64,000 nt of DNA, taken from contig CAYQYU010000001.1 in NCBI GenBank assembly GCA_964421955.1, positions 94,210 through 158,209 on the forward strand. Reading direction: 5' to 3'. The notes beneath the pieces were generated by a model that worked only from the letters and a program-made list of their open reading frames with translations, made no database searches and had not been told where the DNA came from. A program made the translations under genes and the position numbers. Source of the DNA: an uncultured archaeon. GTDB taxonomy: Archaea; Nanohalarchaeota; Nanosalinia; Nanosalinales; Nanosalinaceae. Shown here piece by piece: positions 28,676-38,441 of this stretch (its first letter is position 1; every line of letters starts with the position of its first letter).

Positions 28676-29263
28676 ATGGGCAGCTATATCGAGGAGCTCC
28701 AGGAAGACCGGGAAAAGAAGTCGGAGATCGTCGTGACTGTCGACGGACCTTCGGCCGCCGGAAAAGGAACACTCGCAGAGTTTATAGCAGAGGAGCTCGG
28801 AGTCAAACAGTTCTCCGCCAGCGACGTGTTTTACTCTATCGCAGAGGAACGAGGTCTGAAAGATGTGGAGTTCTCAAGCGAGGCTGAGAAAGAAGTCGAT
28901 CTAGAGGTTGACCGGAAGACTCTGGAACGCGGTCTCAAGAAATCTTGCGTGATCGATGCCCGGATAGCATCCTGGGTGCTTGGAGATTACGCGGACTTCA
29001 CGATTCACCTGACCGCAGATCTCGAAGAACGCACAAGGAGGCTCGCGGAGAGGGAGGGACACGATATCGAAGAGGCCCGGAAAATTTTGGAGGAGCGTGA
29101 CCAGGAGGACTCCCGACGGTACCAGAACTACTATGGAATCGATACTGACGACCTTGAGATATACGATCTGATTGTGGACAACACTGATTTGAACATCGAG
29201 AAGCAAAACCGTCTCGTGAAGAAGGTCCTGAAACAGGCCTTCCCAGAAAGATTCGAGGATTGA
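28676..29263 (+). CDS. cmk: cytidylate kinase (archaeal type)
   Basis: TVDGPSAAGKGT P-loop; VIDARIASW; RYQNYYGID..DL.IYDLIVD. Confidence 0.88.
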   Translation: MGSYIEELQEDREKKSEIVVTVDGPSAAGKGTLAEFIAEELGVKQFSASDVFYSIAEERGLKDVEFSSEAEKEVDLEVDRKTLERGLKKSCVIDARIASWVLGDYADFTIHLTADLEERTRRLAEREGHDIEEARKILEERDQEDSRRYQNYYGIDTDDLEIYDLIVDNTDLNIEKQNRLVKKVLKQAFPERFED

Positions 29264-29264
29264 A

Positions 29265-29678
29265 ATGCCGTACGAGATACTTGACCACACCGCCGACGCA
29301 AAGTTCCAGGCCACAGGTCACGATCTGGAAGAAGCATTCTCAGAATCAGTCGAGGCATTCTCAGAAGTTGTTGGCGACGGCGAGGTAGGCAGCGTCAAGC
29401 ATGAAATCGAGGTCGAATCCGAGAACCTGGAGGCACTGCTGTTCGACTTCATGGACGAGCTCATCTACCTCCAGGACGTCAATAATGTTATAGTCGGGAG
29501 GGCAGAGAACCTGAAAATTGAGGAACTCAAACCAGGTTACCGGATTACCGCGGACATCTACGTTGACAATATAAGCCCGGGCTGCTCGTACCTCGATATC
29601 AAGGGGCCGACCTACAACGAGATGAAGATCGAGCACGGCGATCACGAGTGGGTGCTTGAAGTGGTGCTCGACATATAG
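29265..29678 (+). CDS. archease
   Basis: YEILDHTAD, IKGPTY, C-terminal LDI; adjacent to rtcB. Confidence 0.93.
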   Translation: MPYEILDHTADAKFQATGHDLEEAFSESVEAFSEVVGDGEVGSVKHEIEVESENLEALLFDFMDELIYLQDVNNVIVGRAENLKIEELKPGYRITADIYVDNISPGCSYLDIKGPTYNEMKIEHGDHEWVLEVVLDI

Positions 29679-29769
29679 CGTATTACAAAAATATCATTTA
29701 AAGCCCTATTAATAGATTTTGTATTACAAAATCCAAGTCTTTACAAGTTTTCGGCTCCAGATATAGAAC

Positions 29770-31188
29770 ATGGAACTGAAACAGGTCGACGACAACATCT
29801 ACGAAATTCCGCAGGAAGGACAGATGAAAGTGCCTGCCAGAATATACGCATCCGAGAGGCTTCTGGAAGAGATACAGCAGGATAGGACGCTTGAGCAGGT
29901 CAAGAATGTCGCGACGCTTCCAGGCATACAGAAATACTCGATAGTGCTGCCTGACGGCCACCAGGGATACGGATTCCCTATTGGCGGGGTCGCGGCAGTG
30001 GACACGGAAACGGGCGTCATAAGCCCTGGAGGTATCGGATACGACATCAACTGCGGTGTCCGCGTCCTGAAGACCAGCCTGAAGCTTGAAGATATAAAAG
30101 GAAGAGAGCAGCAGCTCGCCAACATCATGTTCAGCAAGGTTCCAACCGGACTCGGGAAAGGAGGATACATCGATATTGACAGGAACGATCTCCGGGAGAT
30201 ACTTGAGAAAGGAATGGAATGGATGCTGGAAAACGGTCACGCCCGGGAAAGCGATCTCGAGCACTGCGAGGAGAAAGGCCGCCTTGAAGGCGACGCAGGA
30301 AAGGTCCCGGACGAGGCGATTGACCGAGGACTCAACCAGCTGGGCTCACTCGGATCGGGAAACCACTTCCTCGAGGTCCAGACAGTATCAGATATCTACA
30401 GCCAGAACAAGGCGGAGGCTTATGGCCTGGAGGAAGACCAGGTGGTCGTTATGATTCATTCCGGCTCCAGAGGTCTCGGGCACCAGACCTGCACCCATTA
30501 CCTCAGGAAGTTCGAGAAAAACTACCCGGAAATAGTTGAAGAAATACCTGACAAGGAGCTGATCTACGCCCCTCTAGAAGACGAACTGGCACAGGATTAC
30601 TGGAATGCCATGAATGCGGCCGCAAACTTCGCCTGGGCTAACAGGCAGGCGATGACCCAGGCGGTCCGGGAGGCCCTGGACACTTTATTTGGCGATGTCA
30701 AGGTTGACCTGGTCTATGATGTCTGCCATAACATCGCGAAAAAGGAGATGCATGAAGTCAACGGAGAGCAGAAAGAGCTTCTGGTACACAGGAAAGGAGC
30801 AACGAGAGCTATGCCTGCAGGGAGACCAGAAGTGCCTGAAGCCTACCAAGACGTGGGACAGCCAGTACTAATTCCAGGCACCATGGGAACCTCATCCTAC
30901 ATTCTCTCGGGTGGTGAAAACTCCCTGGAAATCTCGTTCGGCTCTACTGCTCACGGCGCAGGAAGACTCAAGTCGAGAACACAGGCCAAGAAAGAGTACC
31001 GCGGCGAAAGGTTACAGAAAGATCTACAGCAGGAAGGAGTGTGCGTCAAGGCAGCCTCAGGCGAGACAGTCGCTGAGGAGGCTCCCGGCGCCTACAAGGA
31101 TGTCGACGAGGTCATCCGCGTCTCCGACGAACTCGGGATCGGAAAAAAGGTGGCGAGAATGACTCCGATCGCAAACATTAAGGGCTAG
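29770..31188 (+). CDS. rtcB: tRNA-splicing ligase RtcB
   Basis: PDGHQGYGFPIG, GYDINCG, GSGNHFLE, HSGSRG, HRKGAT, STAHGAGR, EEAPGAYK. Confidence 0.97.
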   Translation: MELKQVDDNIYEIPQEGQMKVPARIYASERLLEEIQQDRTLEQVKNVATLPGIQKYSIVLPDGHQGYGFPIGGVAAVDTETGVISPGGIGYDINCGVRVLKTSLKLEDIKGREQQLANIMFSKVPTGLGKGGYIDIDRNDLREILEKGMEWMLENGHARESDLEHCEEKGRLEGDAGKVPDEAIDRGLNQLGSLGSGNHFLEVQTVSDIYSQNKAEAYGLEEDQVVVMIHSGSRGLGHQTCTHYLRKFEKNYPEIVEEIPDKELIYAPLEDELAQDYWNAMNAAANFAWANRQAMTQAVREALDTLFGDVKVDLVYDVCHNIAKKEMHEVNGEQKELLVHRKGATRAMPAGRPEVPEAYQDVGQPVLIPGTMGTSSYILSGGENSLEISFGSTAHGAGRLKSRTQAKKEYRGERLQKDLQQEGVCVKAASGETVAEEAPGAYKDVDEVIRVSDELGIGKKVARMTPIANIKG

Positions 31189-31219
31189 ATCTATAACTTT
31201 CTAGCTACAATACACGCCC

Positions 31220-31831
31220 ATGGACAACAACCAACTTAGATACGTGGTCCGGCAGCTTGGCCAGATGCAAGAAGATTCAGCACTGGAGTTTAGCTACGGC
31301 AGTATAAAGAGAGAAACTACAAAAAACGAAGAACTTGCAGAATACGATCCAGATGAAATAGCAGCAACTATAGTCCCTTCCGATGAAGAAGAGTACCTTT
31401 CAATAGGAGGACCTAGCCTCCAGGCTAACTTCTATATTACGACAACTCCAAATCCCGTGTTTGAATACAAACTAATCGCGAATGGAAGGAAAGCTGTAGA
31501 AGAGACTGTAGAAGACATAGAATGGAATGCTAAATGCCTTATGGAAGATAGAGAGCTAGGAGAATCTACCATCGCCTGGGATTATGATTTCGACACAACT
31601 GTAGATCAAAGAGAGCACTTTAAACCCGGGGATAACTCTCAACCTGTCAAGTTCAGAACTGATCCTGTATACCACTTAGATCACCTAACTGAGATAGCAG
31701 ACAGAGCATACCGCGCCAGGGAGAGAGTAAGAGAGGAGTTAGACCCCCTAACCCGAGACATCAGCCATATTCTGGATGAACACAGTCAGAACGTTCCCGG
31801 CAGATTCCAAGAACCAGAATCCTGGTGTTAA
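31220..31831 (+). CDS. hypothetical protein
   Basis: 203-aa acidic ORF with AT-richer codon usage. Confidence 0.6.
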   Translation: MDNNQLRYVVRQLGQMQEDSALEFSYGSIKRETTKNEELAEYDPDEIAATIVPSDEEEYLSIGGPSLQANFYITTTPNPVFEYKLIANGRKAVEETVEDIEWNAKCLMEDRELGESTIAWDYDFDTTVDQREHFKPGDNSQPVKFRTDPVYHLDHLTEIADRAYRARERVREELDPLTRDISHILDEHSQNVPGRFQEPESWC

Positions 31832-31905
31832 CTAGCACTTCCCTGACAAAACCTGGACTTACCCCATCGCTCTATTTATAAAACTTGGTTGTGACTGTTG
31901 AATTA

Positions 31906-32036
31906 CTCTCAGGCACACTGGAACCACTGGTTCCGGGTTCGCAGAAGCTCCGTCAAGGAGTTTCGAGCGGTTCTTGGGAGACAAGCCTTCGCTTGTGGTG
32001 AAGGCCTCTGGAGCGAGTCAACCGAACAAGAGGTGA
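31906..32036 (+). promoter_or_regulatory. structured 5' leader of the rpl3 operon
   Basis: TATA-like TTTATAAA at 31875-31882, multiple stems, GAGGTGA SD at 32030-32036. Confidence 0.55.
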
Positions 32037-32042
32037 CTATCT

Positions 32043-33014
32043 ATTTCCGACGTAAACAGACCACGCAGTGGATCGCTAGGGTTCAAGCCCAAGGTACGCG
32101 CACAGAGGATCTATCCAGAGATAGATAACTGGAAGGACGAGGAAGAGATGAAGCCGCTGGGATACGCCGGCTACAAGGTCGGCATGACACGAATCCTGAT
32201 GATCGACGATACCGAAGGAGCGACAAGCGGTCAGGAAGTTGCGACACCAGTAACAGTACTTGAAGCACCACCTCTCCGGATATACGGCGCCCGTTTTTAC
32301 ACCGAAGACCCTAATTCCGGTAAGCAAGTCTTCACTGAAGCGTGGACTGAATCGCCTTCTCCAGAGCTACAAAGAGCGACCGACATCCCGAAGGAAGGCA
32401 ACATGGACAACTTTGACGCGGCAAAGGAGATTTCCGACGATCTGATTGACGTGAGGCTCCTGGTCCATACCCAGCCATCACAGGCCGGCATTAGCAGGAA
32501 GAAGCCGGAGAACTTCGAGATCGGTCTCGGAGGAACAGTTGACGAAAAAATTGAATACGCGGAAGAGATGATTGGAAAGGAGATAGAGTTCTCCGACGTT
32601 TTCGAGCCAGGAGAGTACTCCGATGTTGTCGCAGTGACCAAAGGACGTGGTACTGAGGGTCCGATCAAGAGATACGGCATCAAGAGGTTGACCCACAAGA
32701 CCCAGAAGAAACGACGCAAGGCAGGAAACGTTGGCCCATGGCATCCTGACAAGCTATCGTGGAAAGTTCCACTTCCAGGGCAGCAGGGCTACAATAACCG
32801 GACGGAGCTGAACAAGAGAATCATCGGATACGGAGAGGAGCCTGAAGAAGTACAGCGCGACGGAGGATTCAAGGGCTACGGCGAGGTCAGGTCGAACTAC
32901 ATACTCATTAAGGGATCAGTTCCCGGCTCTGAGGAGAGACTTGTAAGGCTGAGAACCGCGCTGAGAAAAGACGAAAAACCAGGAGAACCAGAGATAACAC
33001 ACGTTGACAGGTGA
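32043..33014 (+). CDS. rpl3: 50S ribosomal protein L3 (uL3), ATT start
   Basis: Conserved N-terminus RPRSGSLGFKPKVRA lies upstream of ATG 32148; in-frame TGA at 32034; GYKVGMT, AGNVGPWHP. Confidence 0.93.
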   Translation: MSDVNRPRSGSLGFKPKVRAQRIYPEIDNWKDEEEMKPLGYAGYKVGMTRILMIDDTEGATSGQEVATPVTVLEAPPLRIYGARFYTEDPNSGKQVFTEAWTESPSPELQRATDIPKEGNMDNFDAAKEISDDLIDVRLLVHTQPSQAGISRKKPENFEIGLGGTVDEKIEYAEEMIGKEIEFSDVFEPGEYSDVVAVTKGRGTEGPIKRYGIKRLTHKTQKKRRKAGNVGPWHPDKLSWKVPLPGQQGYNNRTELNKRIIGYGEEPEEVQRDGGFKGYGEVRSNYILIKGSVPGSEERLVRLRTALRKDEKPGEPEITHVDR

Positions 33015-33023
33015 GAACTAAAA

Positions 33024-33782
33024 ATGACCGATCTACCAGACCAGTTCAATGAACGAGTGAGGCCGGACATTATCAAGCGCGCGGTTCTTTCAATCCAGTC
33101 GAAGAACCGCCAGAGCTACGGAAGCGATAGAGAAGCTGGTCTGAAACACATGACCTACTGGAAGAAGAGAAATAACGCATTTAGAAGCCAGAAAGGAAGA
33201 GGACAGTCACGGACGCCCCGGAAGATTGTTAGAAGACAGGGCAGCCAGCTCGTAGGAATAGGTGCAGAGGCTCCGAACACCCGAGGCGGTAGAAGGGCAC
33301 ATCCTCCAAAGGTAGAAAAGGATTTCGACGAGGAGATCAACGACAAGGAGCGCAGGAAAGCAATCCGTTCCGGAATCGCGGCCTCCAACGATATCGATCT
33401 AGTCAGCGAAAAGCACAGTTACGAGGGCGATCTTCCGCTTGTAGAAGATATCGAGGACATCGAAAAGACCTCGGAGCTTGAGAAGACGCTAGAAGACCTC
33501 GGACTCGAGGAAGAGCTTGAAAGAGTCAGGGAAAAGAATGTTAGAGCCGGCAGAGGAACATCCCGCGGAAGAAAATACCGCAGAAAGGTGGGGCCTCTGC
33601 TCGTAGTTGCTAAAGACGGCGGTATCTTCGACGCCGCATCAAATCTTCCGGGAGTCGATATCTCCCGGGTCGAAAACCTTAACGCAGAGCTTCTCGCACC
33701 CGGCACAAAGCCAGGAAGACTGGTAGTCTGGAGCGAGGAAGCACTGGAAAAACTTGGAGACGAGCAGCTTTTCGTGGATTGA
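33024..33782 (+). CDS. rpl4: 50S ribosomal protein L4 (uL4)
   Basis: RPDIIKRAV, GGRRAHPPK, LAPGTKPGRL. Confidence 0.96.
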   Translation: MTDLPDQFNERVRPDIIKRAVLSIQSKNRQSYGSDREAGLKHMTYWKKRNNAFRSQKGRGQSRTPRKIVRRQGSQLVGIGAEAPNTRGGRRAHPPKVEKDFDEEINDKERRKAIRSGIAASNDIDLVSEKHSYEGDLPLVEDIEDIEKTSELEKTLEDLGLEEELERVREKNVRAGRGTSRGRKYRRKVGPLLVVAKDGGIFDAASNLPGVDISRVENLNAELLAPGTKPGRLVVWSEEALEKLGDEQLFVD

Positions 33783-33788
33783 TAAGAC

Positions 33789-34058
33789 ATGGATGAAGAA
33801 AAAGCGTGGACGATAATCGAGAACCCTCACCTGACAGAGAAATCGATGGACCAGGTGGACGAGGACAATACCCTGGTAATAATGGTTGACCTCGACGCGA
33901 ACAAGAACCAGGTGAAGGACGCGGTCGAGGAGCTGTTCAGTGTCACGGTTATAAAAGTAAACACCGCTATCACTCCACAGGCCAAGAAAAAGGCCTTTGT
34001 ACGGCTAAGCGAGTCTGACGACGCAATGGACGTCGCGACACAGCTCGGCATGATGTAG
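33789..34058 (+). CDS. rpl23: 50S ribosomal protein L23 (uL23)
   Basis: PHLTEKS, ANKNQVK.AVEELF, KKAFVRL. Confidence 0.95.
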   Translation: MDEEKAWTIIENPHLTEKSMDQVDEDNTLVIMVDLDANKNQVKDAVEELFSVTVIKVNTAITPQAKKKAFVRLSESDDAMDVATQLGMM

Positions 34059-34069
34059 GTGGAAAAATA

Positions 34070-34792
34070 ATGGGATCTCCAATCAAACAGCAGAGAAGAG
34101 GAAAAGGCTCCCCGACGTTCCGGGCGAACTCGCACCGGGGCAGGGGAGATGTTGAGCACAGGAACGCAGAAACCACAGGCACAGTTCTGGATATAGTCCA
34201 CGATCCCTCGAGAACCGCACCAGTTGCGGTAGTGGAGTTCGAAGACGGAGATACCAGGAACGTTCTCGCACCTGAAAACCTCCAGGTAGGGGACGAGATT
34301 GAAGTCGGGGTGTCCGCGGAAATCGAGGAAGGAAACGTTCTGCCTCTAGGAGAGATTCCGGAGGGAGTTCCAATACATAATATCGAGCTACAGCCGAACG
34401 ACGGCGGGAAACTTGTACGAAGCTCTGGAACCTACGCATTTGTCGTGACCCAGGAACAGGACGGCGTAAGAATCAGGCTGCCAAGCAAAAAATTCAAGAA
34501 ACTTAGGACCGACTGCCGCGCGACGATCGGAAAGGTCGCTGCCGGAGGAAGAAAGGACAAGCCGTTCGTTAAGGCAGGAAACAAGTACAAGGCCATGAAG
34601 GCACGCGGAAAGAAATACCCAAAGGTCTCCGCAGTCGCAATGAACGCGGTCGACCACCCGTTCGGAGGTTCTGCAAAGCCGGGACAGCCGAAGACAGTCT
34701 CACGCCACGCATCGCCGGGTAGCAAGGTAGGCAGCATTTCAGCGAGAAGAACAGGAAACAAGCAGTCCAGCAAAGGTGACAATGATGAGTAA
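34070..34792 (+). CDS. rpl2: 50S ribosomal protein L2 (uL2)
   Basis: QRRGKGSPTF, HDPSRTAP, AMNAVDHPFGG. Confidence 0.97.
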   Translation: MGSPIKQQRRGKGSPTFRANSHRGRGDVEHRNAETTGTVLDIVHDPSRTAPVAVVEFEDGDTRNVLAPENLQVGDEIEVGVSAEIEEGNVLPLGEIPEGVPIHNIELQPNDGGKLVRSSGTYAFVVTQEQDGVRIRLPSKKFKKLRTDCRATIGKVAAGGRKDKPFVKAGNKYKAMKARGKKYPKVSAVAMNAVDHPFGGSAKPGQPKTVSRHASPGSKVGSISARRTGNKQSSKGDNDE

Positions 34793-35168
34793 TGACGATG
34801 ACTGGAGCTTCCGCGGTCACACGTTTGACGAACTCCAGGAGATGAGCCTGGACGAGTTTGCGGAGCTTCTGGACTCGAGAGGGCGCAGGAAGATTGAACG
34901 TGGATTGAGGCGACAGGAAAAAAAGATGCTTGAAGATCTTGAAGAAAAGGACAGCGTCAGGACCCACATGAGATCGATGATTGTGGTGCCTGAAATGGTC
35001 GGGAAACAGGTACACATCTACAACGGCCAGGACTTCGTTCCTGTAGAGATAGAGAAAGACATGATTGGACATTACCTAGGAGAGTTCGCGAAAACCCGGA
35101 AGAAAGTCGAGCACAGCGCACCAGGACTCGGTGCAACACGCTCGTCACAGCACGTACCGCTGAAGTAG
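34782..35168 (+). CDS. rps19: 30S ribosomal protein S19 (uS19)
   Basis: VRTHMRSM, MIGHYLGEF, ATRSSQHVPLK. Confidence 0.96.
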   Translation: MMSNDDDWSFRGHTFDELQEMSLDEFAELLDSRGRRKIERGLRRQEKKMLEDLEEKDSVRTHMRSMIVVPEMVGKQVHIYNGQDFVPVEIEKDMIGHYLGEFAKTRKKVEHSAPGLGATRSSQHVPLK

Positions 35169-35179
35169 AGGTATCATAT

Positions 35180-35584
35180 ATGCCGATACAGACCGAGCCG
35201 CACCAGGCCAAGGCAGTTGGAAACGATCTCCGGGTTTCATGGAAAGACGTCACCGAGATCGGGCGCTTCGTGAAGGGCGACTCAATAGAGAAGGCGGAGA
35301 ATAAGCTGGAGCGCGTGATTGAAGAAGAGCTCCCCGTACCGTTCACCAAGTTCTCGGGCGCTTCGCATAGAAGCGGTCAGGGGGAGGGACGTTACCCGAA
35401 GAAGGCCGCAGAGGAAGTTCTGGAAGTTCTCAGGAGCGCGGCCTCGAACGCAGAGAACGAGGGTCTCAACACTGATAATCTCGAGATCCAGAAGTTCATA
35501 ACCAACCAGGGCTCCCGTTTCAGGACCACGAGAGGTCACAGGATAAAATCCGCACACATAAAGATAGTAGTGGGAGAAAGCTAA
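35180..35584 (+). CDS. rpl22: 50S ribosomal protein L22 (uL22)
   Basis: GRYPKKAA, SAASNAE, HIKIVV; operon position. Confidence 0.93.
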   Translation: MPIQTEPHQAKAVGNDLRVSWKDVTEIGRFVKGDSIEKAENKLERVIEEELPVPFTKFSGASHRSGQGEGRYPKKAAEEVLEVLRSAASNAENEGLNTDNLEIQKFITNQGSRFRTTRGHRIKSAHIKIVVGES

Positions 35585-35585
35585 C

Positions 35586-36692
35586 ATGCAGGAGAAACAG
35601 TTTATCGACAAGGGCGCCAGGAAGGTAAGGCTTCACGAATATCTCGAAGAAGAGCTAGAGGGCGCAGGTTATTCGAAGAGCGATATTGTAAGAACCCCGA
35701 CATCCACAAAGATCGTTATCTTCGCCCAGAGACCGGGGCTAGTAATCGGTCGGGGCGGATCACGCATCAGAGAACTCACCTCCGAGATGGAAGAGAAATT
35801 CGATTTCGAGAACCCGCAGGTCGAGGTAAACGAGATCGAGAACCCGGACGCAGACGCGGAAATAGTCGCGAAATCAATGGCTTCCTGGCTTGAGAAAGGC
35901 GGTCGAACAAAGAGAGTCGGCTACACTTACCTGAGAAGGATGAAGGAGGCAGGAGTGATCGGCGCAGAGATCGAGATCGCCGGGAAACTATCAGGTAACA
36001 GGGGTCGCACGGAAAAGTTCTCATTCGGATACGTGAAACGATGTGGAAACACCTCGAAGGAAAACGTCGCACAGGCCTACGAACTCGCGAGAACCAAGCC
36101 TGGAGCGATCGGCGTGAAGGTAAGAATAATGGAGTCGATGCCCGAGTTCAAGCACCGGGATGTCGACGTTGAGGAGGAAATCCTCCACGAGACGATCGAG
36201 CACGAGGAAGGTTTACCGCGTGACGAGAGAATCGAAATGGTCGTGGCAGAGGCCGAGAACATGACCTCCACAGGTATTGAAGACGCGATGGGAGAACTCG
36301 AGGTCGGAACAGACGACATCGAGAAGCAGGAGGTCAGGGACGTCTTTGAGGACCGTGGAGAAGAGATCCAGGAAGAAGCCGAAGAAAGAGAGCAAGAAGT
36401 AGAGACAGAAGACGCCAAGGAGGAAAGTGACACTGAAGAAGACGAAGCAGAAGAGACTGAAGAGGAACCTGAGGCCGAGGAAGAAGAACTAGAGACCGAA
36501 GAGGAAGAGAGTGAAGAAGATACCGAAACAGCTTCCGCGGACTACGAAGAAATCCTATCCGGAACGATCAGCGACGCCAAAGACGTGCTTGAAGACCTGG
36601 AAAATCCGGACTGGGATGCCGCGCTTGAAGCCGAGAAGGACAACAAAAATCGCACAACATTCATCGACTGGCTCGAAACCAGGATAGACTGA
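35586..36692 (+). CDS. rps3: 30S ribosomal protein S3 (uS3) with long acidic C-terminal extension
   Basis: RPGLVIGRGG KH motif, IAGKLSG.R, GAIGVKVRI. Confidence 0.95.
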   Translation: MQEKQFIDKGARKVRLHEYLEEELEGAGYSKSDIVRTPTSTKIVIFAQRPGLVIGRGGSRIRELTSEMEEKFDFENPQVEVNEIENPDADAEIVAKSMASWLEKGGRTKRVGYTYLRRMKEAGVIGAEIEIAGKLSGNRGRTEKFSFGYVKRCGNTSKENVAQAYELARTKPGAIGVKVRIMESMPEFKHRDVDVEEEILHETIEHEEGLPRDERIEMVVAEAENMTSTGIEDAMGELEVGTDDIEKQEVRDVFEDRGEEIQEEAEEREQEVETEDAKEESDTEEDEAEETEEEPEAEEEELETEEEESEEDTETASADYEEILSGTISDAKDVLEDLENPDWDAALEAEKDNKNRTTFIDWLETRID

Positions 36693-36698
36693 TTATCG

Positions 36699-36848
36699 AT
36701 GTCAAAGCACGAGAAGGTACAGATCTGGGAGAAATACAGCGACGATGGCAGCTACGAGGGCGAGAAATGTCCCCGGTGCGGTAGTTTCCTTGCAGAGCAC
36801 GAGGACCGCAAAAGTTGCGGCAAATGCGGCTACACCAAGCACGGATAG
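36699..36848 (+). CDS. rps27ae: 30S ribosomal protein S27ae (eS31); absent from the ORF track
   Basis: [49 protein letters not shown]. Confidence 0.93.
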   Translation: MSKHEKVQIWEKYSDDGSYEGEKCPRCGSFLAEHEDRKSCGKCGYTKHG

Positions 36849-36885
36849 ATTTCTCTTTTAACTCTTCCAACAGTATTTCTAGACT

Positions 36886-37866
36886 ATGAAAATCCTTGGA
36901 ATTGAAAGTACGGCCCACACGTTTGGCGTAGGAATAGTCAACGAGGAGGAAATACTCGCGAACGAAAAGTCGATGTTCGAGCCGGAAGAGGGCGGCATAC
37001 ACCCACGTAAGGCAGCGGAACACCACTACCAGAACGCCCTGGAGGTGCTGAAAAACGCGCTCCAGAATGCGGACCTGGAAGAGGATGATCTGGATGCTAT
37101 AGCATTTTCCCAGGGACCAGGTATCCCGCAATGCCTGGATACCGGAGCTGTTGTCGCTCGATCACTCAGTATGAAGCACGAAATACCCCTTATAGGCGTA
37201 AACCACTGTCTCGCCCACATCTCTATCGGGACTAGAACCACGGGAGCAGAAGCCCCGACCACGCTCTACCTATCCGGCGGAAACTCCCAGATACTTGAGC
37301 TCAAGAACGGGCGGTACCGGATTATCGGGGAGACTCTCGACGTCGCTCTTGGAAATGCGCTTGACAAGCTAGCACGGAAAATGGGTCACCCACATCCGGG
37401 AGGACCGGAGATAGAGAGGTTGGCGGAAGGGACTTCAGATATAGTCGAAGTCTCCTATCCCATCAAGGGGATGGACTTCTCCTTTTCCGGACTGGTCACT
37501 GAGTGTGAAAGAAAAATTAACAGTGTGGAAGAAGAGGTAATCGCGAACAGCTTCCAGGAGCACGCCTATGCCGCAGTGGTCGAGGCGCTGGAACGTGCAA
37601 TGGCGCAGGAAGAATCGGATGAGGCGCTTTTGACCGGCGGCGTTGCGATGAACTCTCGGCTGAGGGAGATGGTGGAGCAGATGTGCGAGCAGCGGAATGC
37701 GGAAGCCTACTTTCCACCGAGAGAGTTCTGCATGGATAACGGCGCGATGATTGCGGAACAGGGGCGGCTGGAGCTGGAAGCTGGCAGAGAGACTCCTGTA
37801 GAAGAATCCGCAAAGAAACCGAACTGGAGACCTGACGAGGTCGAGGTAACATGGACCTGGAGCTAG
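36886..37866 (+). CDS. kae1: KEOPS t6A transferase Kae1
   Basis: LGIESTAHT, GGIHP, NHCLAH, LSGGNSQ, GETLD, DNGAMIA. Confidence 0.96.
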   Translation: MKILGIESTAHTFGVGIVNEEEILANEKSMFEPEEGGIHPRKAAEHHYQNALEVLKNALQNADLEEDDLDAIAFSQGPGIPQCLDTGAVVARSLSMKHEIPLIGVNHCLAHISIGTRTTGAEAPTTLYLSGGNSQILELKNGRYRIIGETLDVALGNALDKLARKMGHPHPGGPEIERLAEGTSDIVEVSYPIKGMDFSFSGLVTECERKINSVEEEVIANSFQEHAYAAVVEALERAMAQEESDEALLTGGVAMNSRLREMVEQMCEQRNAEAYFPPREFCMDNGAMIAEQGRLELEAGRETPVEESAKKPNWRPDEVEVTWTWS

Positions 37867-38441
37867 AGCAACAGATAAAGCGGGCCAGAGAAGCCCTGAA
37901 AGATGGCGGAATGGCGATCTTCCCGACTGAGACTGCCTACGGCATAGCCGTGGACGCGATGAATCCTGGTGCGGTGGAGAAAGTCTATGAGGCCAAAGGG
38001 AGACCGCGAGAGAAAGGTCTTACAGTGATAGTTGCCAGCCTGGAGCAGGCGGAAGAGCACGCAGAGCTTTCAGACGAGGATAGGAAGGTGGTGGAAGAGT
38101 TCATGCCTGGCCCGCTGACACTTGTAGTGGAGAAGAAACCAGAGGTCCCCGATATTCTCAACGAAAAATTTGTGTTCCGGATCTCTTCCAGCAGGATCGC
38201 CAGAGAGTTGGCAAGGAACAACCCCATTACCGCAACAAGCGCCAACATTTCAGGTACGAAGACTTCTTACCGGGTCGAGGATATCGACCCAGAACTACGG
38301 GAAATGGCGGACTACATTATCGACATCGGCGAACTCGAGCGTTCTCCCACCTCTACGATCGCAGAAGTTAATAACTCGCGTCTCGTCATTCACCGTAGAG
38401 GCCCGGTTACACGGGAACAGCTCGAAGACGTGCTAAAATAA
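37851..38441 (+). CDS. sua5: threonylcarbamoyl-AMP synthase (single-domain TsaC/YrdC type)
   Basis: FPTETAYG, KGRP, PGPLT, TATSANISG. Confidence 0.93.
   Translation: MDLELEQQIKRAREALKDGGMAIFPTETAYGIAVDAMNPGAVEKVYEAKGRPREKGLTVIVASLEQAEEHAELSDEDRKVVEEFMPGPLTLVVEKKPEVPDILNEKFVFRISSSRIARELARNNPITATSANISGTKTSYRVEDIDPELREMADYIIDIGELERSPTSTIAEVNNSRLVIHRRGPVTREQLEDVLK

Noticed and set aside
36360-36530. GAA/GAG-rich tandem repeat in rps3
   Set aside because: It is low-complexity Glu coding with no discrete repeat unit.
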